NCBI GenBank assembly: GCA_963674595.2 | Contig: CAXXFV010000016.1 | Span: 786,426 to 850,425 of the forward strand | From: a bacterium | GTDB taxonomy: Bacteria > Zhuqueibacterota > Zhuqueibacteria > Residuimicrobiales > Krinioviventaceae | Length of the DNA: 64,000 bases | Direction: 5' to 3' | Part shown: positions 40,280 through 49,334 of the stretch, in pieces | How the letters are laid out: each line of letters starts with the position of its first letter | How positions within the stretch are numbered: position 1 is the stretch's first letter | Position numbers and translations under genes: made by a program | Notes under the pieces: generated by a model | The model's database searches: none | Told to the model about the DNA's origin: nothing | What the model saw: the letters and a program-made list of their open reading frames with translations, nothing else

Positions 40280-41701
40280 TTACGTATTTATACCAGAGGC
40301 TGTTTTTTGAATGAATTCCCAGGATGATAACACATCTTGTTCGGTCACTGAAGTCTGCCCGATTATCATTCTGATAATATATTTTCCGTTTATTTTGGTA
40401 TGGGTCACATACAGTTTGCCTGAACTGTCCAGTTGTTGCAGCAATTTGGCGTTTAATTTGTCCAGGTCATCGTCCGTAACATTTTGAGGATGATAACGAA
40501 AAAATACAGCGTTAAGAGGTGTTTGTACCATAATTTCAAAATCCTGATGATTTTGAATTTTTTCTTCCAGGTTTTTAGCAATAACTATTTGTTTTTTAAT
40601 TTTATCTTGTAATCCTCTAATGCCAAATGACCTGATAACAAACCAAAGTTTCAACGCACGAAAACGTCGGCCCAGTTGAATACTCCAGTCCCGATAATTA
40701 TTTACTTGCGAAGCCGAGTCTGTTTTAAGATATTCCGGCATTATCTCAAACGTACGAATAAGCGCTGACTTTTCCTTCACAAAATAGGCGGAACAGTCGA
40801 AATTGGTAAACATCCATTTATGGGGATTAAAAACAAGGCTGTCGGCATGTTCAATCCCTTTAATTATCCAGCGGAATTCCGGAAGAATTAATGCCGTGCC
40901 TGCATAGGCTGCATCCACATGGAGCCATATATCATGTTTTTTTGTAATTACCGCTATTTTATCCAGAGGGTCAACTGCCAGCGTGCCTGTGGTCCCCACA
41001 GTGGCAATAACACAAAGCGGACGATTCCCTTGTGAAATGTCTTTTTCTATTGCTTTTGATAGTTCTTCGGGATCCATTCGCTGTTTGTTATCGACTTTAA
41101 TTTTTACAAGGTTGTTTTTGCCCAGTCCCGCGATTTTTACAGCTTTTTCAATAGAAGAGTGGGTTTCTGTGGAACAGTAGATTTTAAATTTTCTATTGTT
41201 GTCTATTCCATTTTCATTTATTTCAAAGTTTGAATATTTTTCTCTGGCTGTTATGATAGCCGTCAATGTAGAAGATGAAGCGGAATCCTGGATAACGCCA
41301 TTTAAATTTTCCGGCAGGCCTGTCATTTTAATCAACCATTGCATTACTTTTTCTTCCAGCTCTGTCCCTGCCGGGGATGTATCCCAGATCATACACTGAG
41401 CGGCCAGTGTTGCTGTAAGCATTTCACCTAATATGGACGGATAACTGGAGTTTGCCGGGAAATAGGCATAAAAGTTGGGGTGCTGCCAATGACTCATGCC
41501 GGGCATGATTATCTTTTCAAAGTCTGAAAAAATTTGCTGAAAAGTTTGACCTTCCTTTGGGGCGGAATCCGGGATTTGTGAATATATTTCTCCCGGACTA
41601 ACTTGTGATTTTACCGGATAATCTTTAATATTTTCAAAATAATCAGCCATCCAGTCAACTAGTTCATGTGCATGTTGACGAAAATTTTTGTTGTCCATCA
41701 T
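40280..41701 (-). CDS. group II PLP-dependent (aromatic-L-amino-acid-type) decarboxylase
   Basis: HWQHP, HSSIEKA, HVDAAYAG, FNPHKW, LGRRFRALKLW. Confidence 0.92.
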   Translation of the reverse strand: MMDNKNFRQHAHELVDWMADYFENIKDYPVKSQVSPGEIYSQIPDSAPKEGQTFQQIFSDFEKIIMPGMSHWQHPNFYAYFPANSSYPSILGEMLTATLAAQCMIWDTSPAGTELEEKVMQWLIKMTGLPENLNGVIQDSASSSTLTAIITAREKYSNFEINENGIDNNRKFKIYCSTETHSSIEKAVKIAGLGKNNLVKIKVDNKQRMDPEELSKAIEKDISQGNRPLCVIATVGTTGTLAVDPLDKIAVITKKHDIWLHVDAAYAGTALILPEFRWIIKGIEHADSLVFNPHKWMFTNFDCSAYFVKEKSALIRTFEIMPEYLKTDSASQVNNYRDWSIQLGRRFRALKLWFVIRSFGIRGLQDKIKKQIVIAKNLEEKIQNHQDFEIMVQTPLNAVFFRYHPQNVTDDDLDKLNAKLLQQLDSSGKLYVTHTKINGKYIIRMIIGQTSVTEQDVLSSWEFIQKTASGINT

Positions 41702-41751
41702 ACAACTCCATTATAACCGATAAAGCTTTATTAAATAAAAAAAAGTCTTAC

Positions 41752-42345
41752 TTAAAAAGAAAGACTTTCCTTTGATACAAAATCTGCCAATCTGTCTCTT
41801 AGAAATAAACGGGCCCGATGTAAATTGGATTTTACGGCTGCCAGGCTCATATCCAGCATTTCTGATATTTCTTTAAGAGAAAAACCCTCAATGTCTTTTA
41901 AAACAAATACACTACGAAATTTTGGCGGTAAATCTTCAATCGCTTTGTCCATTTCTTCCCGTAATTCCATGTTAACGGCATCCTGAAGAGGGGTGTCACC
42001 CACGGATCGGTTAAACGCCTGCAAAGCATCCTGATTTGTTTTGAGTTCCAAATCTTCAATTCCCGTGAAATTTTTCTTTTTAGAACGTAATTTCATTAAC
42101 GCAAAGTTTGTGGCAATGCGATATATCCATGTGGATAATGAAGACTGTCCTTTAAAGGTCGGCAGGGCTTGAAAAACTTTAAGAAATGTTTCCTGCAAAA
42201 CACATTCCGCCTCATCTGTGTTTGCGAGTAATTTCAATGCCGTATTATAAACAAGTTGTTCATTTTGTTTGACAATTTCTGTCAATGCCTGTTTATCGCC
42301 TTCAATTGCTTTTTGGATCAGTTCCTGTTCAGATTTATAATTCAA
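41752..42345 (-). CDS. ECF RNA polymerase sigma factor
   Basis: QETFLK, FKGQSSLSTWIYRIATN, region 4 LP...SLKEI..VKSNLHRAR; TTG start. Confidence 0.92.
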   Translation of the reverse strand: MNYKSEQELIQKAIEGDKQALTEIVKQNEQLVYNTALKLLANTDEAECVLQETFLKVFQALPTFKGQSSLSTWIYRIATNFALMKLRSKKKNFTGIEDLELKTNQDALQAFNRSVGDTPLQDAVNMELREEMDKAIEDLPPKFRSVFVLKDIEGFSLKEISEMLDMSLAAVKSNLHRARLFLRDRLADFVSKESLSF

Positions 42346-42430
42346 TAAAATATCTTCCCTGTTATCCTTTTAATCCATAAAGCATAAAATAGACAAAAGA
42401 AATATAAAATTCAAGAGCTTTTCATATAAT

Positions 42431-42460
42431 AAAAGCCCTGATAGTAAGTTACCAGGGCTT
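42431..42460 (-). terminator. intrinsic terminator after the redox operon
   Basis: AAGCCCTG/CAGGGCTT stem with a U-tract on the minus strand. Confidence 0.65.
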
Positions 42461-42485
42461 GTTGATTGGTTTGAGATGATTTATA

Positions 42486-42824
42486 TTAATTTTCAGGAGA
42501 AAGGTGTTTATCAAGCATATTGACTAGTTGTTCTTTTGGTACCGCTCCAATGACACCGTCTACAACCTGACCATTTTTATAAAGAAGAATTGAAGGGATG
42601 CTGTTTATTCCAAATTGACCGGCTATTCTCGGATTTTGGTCTACATCCAGTTTGCCGACTTTGATTTTTCCGGTGTATTCATCAGCCACCTGTTCGATGA
42701 CAGGGGCGACAAAACGACATGGCATACACCACTCTGCCCAAAAATCAACCAGTACCGGAATATTGGAATTTAGTACATCACTTTCAAAAGTTGCGTCTGT
42801 CAAAGTATTTATATTTTTACTCAT
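42486..42824 (-). CDS. trxA: thioredoxin (WCMPC)
   Basis: DFWAEWCMPC, INSIP. Confidence 0.93.
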   Translation of the reverse strand: MSKNINTLTDATFESDVLNSNIPVLVDFWAEWCMPCRFVAPVIEQVADEYTGKIKVGKLDVDQNPRIAGQFGINSIPSILLYKNGQVVDGVIGAVPKEQLVNMLDKHLSPEN

Positions 42825-42838
42825 TATTATGGCCTTTC

Positions 42839-43264
42839 CTAGTCATTTTGTGTTTCAAGTATTTCAAATTCTGTTTCTATATTAACTGATTTTTTGAGCA
42901 TTGCCGAGGCTGAACAATATTTTGTTTCTGATAATTCAATGGCGCGTTCGACCGCTTCAGGTGAAATATTTTTTCCGAATATTTTAAATTTTAATTTGAT
43001 GTTTGTAAATACTTTTGGGTGTTCATCTGCGCGATCCGCTTCCAAATGACATTCAAAATCATCAATTTTAATTCGTTTCTTTTTCAGTATGGAAATAACA
43101 TCCATTGATGTACAACCGCCCAATCCCATAAGAAACAGTTCAAGTGGCCTGGAGCCTGCATTTGAACCGCCAAATTCTTCCGGGCCATCCATAAAAATCC
43201 AGTGATTGGAATCGGCTTTGGCTGCCATGGATGTTCCCTGTACCTGTTTTACAATAGCTTTCAT
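42839..43264 (-). CDS. OsmC/YhfA-family protein
   Basis: RPLEL..GLGGC, SETKYCS. Confidence 0.92.
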   Translation of the reverse strand: MKAIVKQVQGTSMAAKADSNHWIFMDGPEEFGGSNAGSRPLELFLMGLGGCTSMDVISILKKKRIKIDDFECHLEADRADEHPKVFTNIKLKFKIFGKNISPEAVERAIELSETKYCSASAMLKKSVNIETEFEILETQND

Positions 43265-43470
43265 TTTATGTCTCTCACATATTCTGTTAATTCATCAACC
43301 ATTTTCGTTATTTCATCGTTTGAAAAACCTTTACTCTGCGCTTCAGTTTCTATTGTCCCCCAAACCGGTTCTCCACATGCCAGGCATTTTATACCTTTTT
43401 CCATAAGAAAACGTACACTTTTAGGGTGGTTTTGTACCAGTTCCTCAATTGTTGTTTCTCGTGTTATCAT
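43261..43470 (-). CDS. DUF1858-like small CxxC protein
   Basis: IT..TTIEELV..HP, GIKCLACG; ATGA-type overlaps with both neighbours. Confidence 0.8.
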   Translation of the reverse strand: MITRETTIEELVQNHPKSVRFLMEKGIKCLACGEPVWGTIETEAQSKGFSNDEITKMVDELTEYVRDIK

Positions 43471-43985
43471 AATCCTAAAATAGCTTTTATATCATTTTCA
43501 AATACTTGTTTTGGTGTTCTGCCGACATGTTTTTTGTAAACATTGCCTTTTTTGTCGATTACAAATGTTGTGGGTATACCGCTTACACCACCCACACCGG
43601 GAATGAAATCCGGGGTTATTATGGCGTTTGGATAATTGATTTTGTATTGTTTGGCAAAATTCGCAACCGCCTGTGTTCCTTCTCGTCCAATCGCTGCCCC
43701 CAATATTTCCAATCCTTTATCGTTGTATTCGTCGTATAATGCGATAAAATCAGGGATTTCAGCTTTACACGGCGGACACCAGGTGTCCCAAATGTCCAGT
43801 ATAAGCGCTTTACCTTTATAATCGTCCAATGTTACGGTTTTGCCTTCGAGTGTTGTCAGCTTGAATGCATAGGCAGGTGTAGAGCCGGTTGCACCTTGTT
43901 TATTCTCTTTGTTGTTTCCGCATCCTGCGGTGATGAATAGCAATAAAGCTATTACAAAAAATTGTTTCCACTGTTTTTTTAACAT
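43467..43985 (-). CDS. TlpA/ResA-like thiol-disulfide oxidoreductase lipoprotein
   Basis: lipobox TAGC, WDTWCPPC..EIP, GIPTTFVID; start at ATG 43985. Confidence 0.9.
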   Translation of the reverse strand: MLKKQWKQFFVIALLLFITAGCGNNKENKQGATGSTPAYAFKLTTLEGKTVTLDDYKGKALILDIWDTWCPPCKAEIPDFIALYDEYNDKGLEILGAAIGREGTQAVANFAKQYKINYPNAIITPDFIPGVGGVSGIPTTFVIDKKGNVYKKHVGRTPKQVFENDIKAILGL

Positions 43986-43986
43986 A

Positions 43987-44214
43987 TTAATTCTCCAGAT
44001 ATATATTATTACCGTTTGCATCAAAAGTCTTTTTAACAATATCATCAATATATTTATTCAACACATTTTTTATCATTTCACTGTGGCAACCTAGATCCAG
44101 TTCCGTACACAACCTTTGTTTTAACGCCTCTGCAATATGTTTTCTTTTACAGGCTTTAATACGTTCTGTGACGTGTCCACAATGTTGTTCAATTATTTTA
44201 TACTCTTTCTTCAT
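43987..44214 (-). CDS. small Cys/His-containing hypothetical protein
   Basis: 75 aa, strong GGAGG RBS, stop 1 nt from the TlpA start. Confidence 0.7.
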   Translation of the reverse strand: MKKEYKIIEQHCGHVTERIKACKRKHIAEALKQRLCTELDLGCHSEMIKNVLNKYIDDIVKKTFDANGNNIYLEN

Positions 44215-44416
44215 TTATAACCTCCACCAATTTAGATGTGGAATGTTTCAAAAAGATTCATATATTATGCTTGAAATTATTTTGAGCAGATACAAGTGTT
44301 CCAAACTGAAATACAATTTTGTACTTCCTGGGATATTTTCGGATTTTTCTCTCCTTGTATTTTAAAAAGTATTGTCAAGTCATTGTTTTTTATGGTTAAT
44401 TGAGATTTTGCGCTTG

Positions 44417-44432
44417 TGGCCTGTCTTTTGCT
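44417..44432 (+). promoter_or_regulatory. sigma54 -24/-12 promoter
   Basis: TGGC-N7-TTGCT with exact spacing, 67 nt before the ATG at 44500. Confidence 0.6.
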
Positions 44433-44499
44433 GCTTAAAGTGGCAACTGCCCGATTGTTGTTTTGTTTTTACCATTGATGCCTTGCAAGGAAATATAGT

Positions 44500-45615
44500 A
44501 TGAATGATTTACGTTTAAATGATGAAAAATTAAAATTATATAATAAAATTAACCGGCCCCGGATTATAGCCATTGGTGGTGGTAAGGGAGGTGCCGGTAA
44601 ATCTATTGTGTCAACTATGTTGGGTATTTGTTTATCGGGTTATGGAAAAAAAACTGTTCTTGTTGATGCTGATTTTACCGGGGCAAACCTGCATGGTTAT
44701 TTGGGATTTTTTGATGTTCCAAAAACTCTTTGGCATTTTTTTTCACGAAAAATACCCAATCTGCAGGATATTGTCCTGGAGTCCAGTTTTAACAATCTAT
44801 CCTTAATTGCCGGGTTATCCGGACATACGCGATATACACAGATACAATATTGGGAACAACAAAAACTCGTCAGAAATTTAAAAAATTTGGATGCTGATTA
44901 TGTTATTGTTGATCTCGGGGCCGGTACAAGCTATGCATTGCTTGACCTTTTTATCAATGCGGATGATTCCATTGTCGTGACAACACCGGAATCCACTTCA
45001 CTTTACGATGCCTATGGCTTTATTCGTGCATCACTTTTTAGAAAATTGAAAATTGAGTTAAAAGAGTATCCGCAAGTTGTTAACGAGCTGGCTGATTTAA
45101 GTGAATTGACCCGGGGGATGGGAACAAAATCCATCATGAATGTGCTGGAAAGGACAAGCACTAATAAAAATGTTGTTAGACTAATAGAAAAGAATTTAAG
45201 GGATTTTCAACCCAAAATAGTTTTTAACGCATTTCGCGCAGAGGATTCTGTAGCAGAATGCCGTAGTCTTTGTTTGGCTATTCAGGAGCTGTTAAACATA
45301 ACTCCTGGTGAATGGGGTAAAATCCGATATGATGAAAATGTTAAAAAAGCTGTTCGAAATTTAAGACCGGATTTGTTACTGACTATGGACGGCAAAGCTT
45401 CCGAAGATATTGTACGGTTGGTGAACCGTAATATTATTGCCCGTGAACTGGATGTGCAACCATCTTTTCCTAATAATTCAAGTATTGGTGAAAAGAAGAG
45501 CCATGTGCGAATATGCAATTACCGTTGCATAGCCTGGAATTGCTGTGAATACAGGCAGGGCGGACAAGAGTGTACGGTCCATTCTGTAGCGCCTGTTTGC
45601 AGAAAGGTATCCTGA
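44500..45615 (+). CDS. MinD/FlhG/ParA-family ATPase with Cys-rich C-terminus
   Basis: deviant Walker A GGKGGAGKS, DAD..GANL, DLGAG, VTTPE. Confidence 0.88.
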   Translation: MNDLRLNDEKLKLYNKINRPRIIAIGGGKGGAGKSIVSTMLGICLSGYGKKTVLVDADFTGANLHGYLGFFDVPKTLWHFFSRKIPNLQDIVLESSFNNLSLIAGLSGHTRYTQIQYWEQQKLVRNLKNLDADYVIVDLGAGTSYALLDLFINADDSIVVTTPESTSLYDAYGFIRASLFRKLKIELKEYPQVVNELADLSELTRGMGTKSIMNVLERTSTNKNVVRLIEKNLRDFQPKIVFNAFRAEDSVAECRSLCLAIQELLNITPGEWGKIRYDENVKKAVRNLRPDLLLTMDGKASEDIVRLVNRNIIARELDVQPSFPNNSSIGEKKSHVRICNYRCIAWNCCEYRQGGQECTVHSVAPVCRKVS

Positions 45616-45622
45616 TAAATAC

Positions 45623-45683
45623 AAACCCTGACATTTTATGTCTGTATTTTGGAGGTACGGCGCATAAGAAAATGTCAGGGTTT
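45623..45683. terminator. long hairpin between converging genes
   Basis: perfect 15-bp AAACCCTGACATTTT/AAAATGTCAGGGTTT arms with a further inner stem. Confidence 0.6.
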
Positions 45684-45684
45684 T

Positions 45685-47247
45685 CTATTGGCTGTTTAGA
45701 GGCAAACAAATTTTAATTCGGGTTCCCAAACCCGGTTCGCTTTGAATATCCATCATTCCCCCATGATCAATTATTATTCTGTTGACGATAAATAATCCCA
45801 GTCCTGTGCCATGTTCTTTGGTTGTAAAATAGGGACTCATTGCTTTTTTAAGGGTAATGCTGTCCATGCCGCAGCCTTGGTCTTTAATTGTAATATCCAG
45901 CGTTTTTGTTTTTTCTGCGATAATATCAATTTGACTGTCTGGTGCCGATGCTTCTATGGCATTTTTAATTAAATTTTGTAAACACCGCCTTATCTGGTCT
46001 CTGTCTATCATTATTTGGGGTATCTCTTTTTCGATTGATAAAGTAAATTTTATATTTTTGGGGTCGTCATGAAAAAGAGTGACGGTGTTATTAATTATCT
46101 CATCAACATTTTCAGGTTTCAGTTGCATTTGCGGCATGCGGGCAAAATCAGAAAATTCATTGGCAATTTTTTGGATAGAGGCCAGTTCCTCTTCAATGAT
46201 GGCAACGGATTCTTGAAAATCATTTTGTTGTTTAAACTCTTCGGGCAGGGAGGACATCAGCCGGAATAATGAAAATTTAATGGGTGTTAACGGATTTTTT
46301 ATTTCATGGGAAATTTGCCGGGCCACATCGCGCCAGGCGGCAATTCGTTCCGCTCTTTGCAGGTTTTCCCGGCTTGTTTTTAAATCCGAGGCCATTTTAT
46401 TAAACGAATTTACTAAAAATTCAATTTCATCTTTAGCTTTAATATTAACCCGATGTGAAAGATCACCGGAACCGACTTGTTCCATACCAACTGTAAGCTG
46501 CTGGATTGGGCGGCTGATTCCGGTAGAGACAATTTTTGCAGCCAAAGCAGAGATAAATGCCAGTAACAGAACAAATACTGAAGCGATTCCCCATAAAAGT
46601 CCCTGTTCCAGAAAAGTATCCCGAAGCAATCTCATGGAGGCATGATTTCTTAATGCCCATAACACATTATTTTTTGCTGTAATGATATCCGGTGAAAGTT
46701 TAAATCCTATAAAACAGATGCGGTTATTGTTTGTTTGTTGATAGGACTCAAACAATGGTAATTTATTATAATGAACAAGACGGCCTTCAAATTGTTCTTT
46801 ATCAAACTGCTGAATTAATTTTTCCGGAAATTTGAGCTCGTTTTTAATTTTAACATCAACAGATTTAAATACTACCGGTTCCCCATTATCAAGGATTCCG
46901 GCATAGACAATGTTGTTTTGGATCAAGTATGCCTGGTCTATATTTTCTATTGCCGGAAGTTTTGTCAGAATATGTTTCCCTTGCTGATCCAGTTGCAGAC
47001 GGATCATGTCTAATGATTGTGATAGCGCTTTTTCAACGCCCGGAAGGGTCAGCATTTCAGTGCTTTTAATTAAAAGAATACCCACAGACAGGGTTAAGGG
47101 AATAGTCGGAATGATGGTAAACAGAAAGAACAGGATTGTAAGACGCGCCTGAAAACGCGAGCGTTTTTGTGATTTACGCCATAACACCAAGCTGTAAGCA
47201 AAAAGGGCAACGGATATAACGCCAATACATATAAAAAATATTTCCAT
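45685..47247 (-). CDS. NtrY-like HAMP sensor histidine kinase
   Basis: TM helices, HAMP, AWRDVARQISHEIKNPLTPI, NLIKNA, DQGCG, GTGLGL. Confidence 0.92.
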   Translation of the reverse strand: MEIFFICIGVISVALFAYSLVLWRKSQKRSRFQARLTILFFLFTIIPTIPLTLSVGILLIKSTEMLTLPGVEKALSQSLDMIRLQLDQQGKHILTKLPAIENIDQAYLIQNNIVYAGILDNGEPVVFKSVDVKIKNELKFPEKLIQQFDKEQFEGRLVHYNKLPLFESYQQTNNNRICFIGFKLSPDIITAKNNVLWALRNHASMRLLRDTFLEQGLLWGIASVFVLLLAFISALAAKIVSTGISRPIQQLTVGMEQVGSGDLSHRVNIKAKDEIEFLVNSFNKMASDLKTSRENLQRAERIAAWRDVARQISHEIKNPLTPIKFSLFRLMSSLPEEFKQQNDFQESVAIIEEELASIQKIANEFSDFARMPQMQLKPENVDEIINNTVTLFHDDPKNIKFTLSIEKEIPQIMIDRDQIRRCLQNLIKNAIEASAPDSQIDIIAEKTKTLDITIKDQGCGMDSITLKKAMSPYFTTKEHGTGLGLFIVNRIIIDHGGMMDIQSEPGLGTRIKICLPLNSQ

Positions 47248-47255
47248 TGTGTTTG

Positions 47256-48167
47256 TTATCCACCGATTCGTTTGCGTTTTACCAGGTATTGTAAAAGTGC
47301 ACGATCAAAATTTTCGGACGTGTCCATTGGAACATAGTCGATTTTGTTTTCCAAACACTGCTTTTTATAGGTGTTGATAAAATCATTAACCAGGTTTCTG
47401 TATTCTTTACGAATATGCCAGGGTTGTGTCGGCAGCCGTTTGCCGTTTTCCATATCTTCAAAAATAGCATTTTGTGTAAAGTCAAATGTCTTTTCATAGG
47501 GATCAAGAATATGAAAAACAATCACTTCGTGTTTTTTATGACGAAAATGTTTGAGTCCGGACATTACTTTATGCGGGTCATCCAGCAAATCTGAGAAAAT
47601 AATAACAAGACCGCGTCGGTCAATTCGTTCGGCCAGTTGATGAAATGTTGTTGAAACATTTGTTTTTTCCTGACATTGATTTTTTGTCAGTTCTTTAAGG
47701 ATTTCTGAGAGGTAAGTGTTTACTGAACGGGGGGGAAGATACTTTTTAATTTTTTCATCAAAGGTAACAAGTCCGACGGAATCTCTTTGTTTTAACATAA
47801 GATAGGAGAGAGCGGCAGACAGATATGTGGCATATTCAAGTTTGTTTATTTTATGCGATGTAAAGGCCATCGATGCCGACGAGTCCAGCAGCAGATAGGC
47901 TTTAAGGTTTGTTTCTTCCTCAAATTGTTTGACATAATAACGGTCAGTTTTTGCATACACTTTCCAGTCTACATGGCGGATTTCATCTCCCGGCATATAT
48001 TGTCTGTGTTCGGCAAATTCAACACTGAATCCGTGATAAGGACTACGGTGCAGACCGGTTATAAAACCTTCGACAACCAACCGGGCCACAAGGTTGAGAT
48101 TTGACAGTTTTGAAACCGCTTCCGGGTCCAGGTAACGACGGTATTCCTGTTTTACTGGTATTGCCAT
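47256..48167 (-). CDS. DUF58 (vWA-like) protein
   Basis: G.HRS...G.SVEFAEHRQY.PGD.IR.VDWK, DSSASM, FSD. Confidence 0.92.
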   Translation of the reverse strand: MAIPVKQEYRRYLDPEAVSKLSNLNLVARLVVEGFITGLHRSPYHGFSVEFAEHRQYMPGDEIRHVDWKVYAKTDRYYVKQFEEETNLKAYLLLDSSASMAFTSHKINKLEYATYLSAALSYLMLKQRDSVGLVTFDEKIKKYLPPRSVNTYLSEILKELTKNQCQEKTNVSTTFHQLAERIDRRGLVIIFSDLLDDPHKVMSGLKHFRHKKHEVIVFHILDPYEKTFDFTQNAIFEDMENGKRLPTQPWHIRKEYRNLVNDFINTYKKQCLENKIDYVPMDTSENFDRALLQYLVKRKRIGG

Positions 48168-48169
48168 TA

Positions 48170-49174
48170 TCAGGCCTTGTCGTTCAATAATTTTTCGATA
48201 ATTTCAGTTGTACCGATCCCTTCGGCTTCGGCATTGAAATTTGTTACCAGCCGGTGCCGTAGGACAGGTTTTGCTATGGCTTTAATATCCGCGATATCCG
48301 GAGTTGGCCGGCCGTCCAGGATTGCCCTGGTTTTTGCGCCCAATACCAGATATTGTGAGGCCCGGGGTCCGGCTCCCCAGTTTATCCAGTCTTTAATGTA
48401 TTTCGGTGAATCATCCGATGCCGGACGGGTTTTGCGGGCAAGCTTGACTGCAAAATCAATAACATTGTCGGCCACAGGGACACGTCTGACCAGGTTTTGA
48501 AGCTGAATGATGTCATCTGCGTTGATAATCGGCTTTAATTCGGCCTGATAGGCGCTTGTGGTTGACCGGACAATTTCCAGTTCTTCATCCAGATTCGGGT
48601 AATCGACCCACAGGTTAAACATGAACCGGTCCAACTGTGCTTCGGGCAGGGGATAGGTCCCTTCCTGTTCAATCGGATTTTGTGTCGCAAGGACAAAGAA
48701 AGGTTCTTCCAGAGAATGGGTTTCTCCGGCCGCACTTACTTCATGTTCCTGCATGGCCTGCAATAAAGCGGATTGGGTTTTGGGCGGTGTCCGGTTAATT
48801 TCATCCGCCAGTACAATATTCGCAAAAACAGGACCTTTAATATATTTAAAGGCTTTTTTACCTGTGGACTGGTCTTCTTCAATAACTTCTGTTCCCGTAA
48901 TGTCCGAAGGCATCAGGTCCGGTGTGAATTGGATGCGGCTGAATTTTAAATCCAACACTTTTGCCAATGTGCTGATAAGCAATGTTTTGGCCAGTCCGGG
49001 AACACCTACCAGAAGACAATGTCCGCGCGATAATAACGATATTAATAATTCATCAATAATATTCTGTTGTCCGATTATGACTTTACTGATTTCGGATGTC
49101 ATTAAATCATGTGCTTTTTTAAGCTGGTCAACAATTTCTAAATCATTTGTTTGTTTTGAAATATCCAAAATCAT
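48170..49174 (-). CDS. moxR: MoxR-family AAA+ ATPase
   Basis: GVPGLAKT, RIQFTPDLMPSD, DEINR, ATQNPIEQEGTYPLPEAQLDRF; start moved behind the AAGGAGG RBS. Confidence 0.95.
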   Translation of the reverse strand: MILDISKQTNDLEIVDQLKKAHDLMTSEISKVIIGQQNIIDELLISLLSRGHCLLVGVPGLAKTLLISTLAKVLDLKFSRIQFTPDLMPSDITGTEVIEEDQSTGKKAFKYIKGPVFANIVLADEINRTPPKTQSALLQAMQEHEVSAAGETHSLEEPFFVLATQNPIEQEGTYPLPEAQLDRFMFNLWVDYPNLDEELEIVRSTTSAYQAELKPIINADDIIQLQNLVRRVPVADNVIDFAVKLARKTRPASDDSPKYIKDWINWGAGPRASQYLVLGAKTRAILDGRPTPDIADIKAIAKPVLRHRLVTNFNAEAEGIGTTEIIEKLLNDKA

Positions 49175-49212
49175 CGTCCTCCTTGGATCATAAAAAGCTT
49201 GTAAATTTTTCA

Positions 49213-49241
49213 AACATAGGAAAAATTGTTACAAAAGTCAA
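49213..49241 (-). promoter_or_regulatory. sigma70-type promoter of the moxR operon
   Basis: TTGACT-N17-TATGTT. Confidence 0.45.
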
Positions 49242-49281
49242 TGATGGAAAAACCGGGTGATTGTGGTTTGGGGGTGGAAGA

Positions 49282-49311
49282 AATGAGAGGGCTTTGGCTG
49301 GCCCTCTCATT
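49282..49311. terminator. hairpin downstream of the sialidase gene
   Basis: AATGAGAGGGC/GCCCTCTCATT 11-bp stem. Confidence 0.6.
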
Positions 49312-49334
49312 ATACTTTTTGGGGAAATAAATGC

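Noticed and set aside
42486-44214. Possible selenoproteins in the redox operon
   Set aside because: All active-site positions are Cys codons; the TGA stops overlap the next start codons
45613-45683. TGA-TAA followed by a hairpin at the end of the Cys-rich ATPase, as a possible selenocysteine/SECIS
   Set aside because: Sec would be the terminal residue, tandem stops are common, and the loop does not clearly fit a bacterial SECIS
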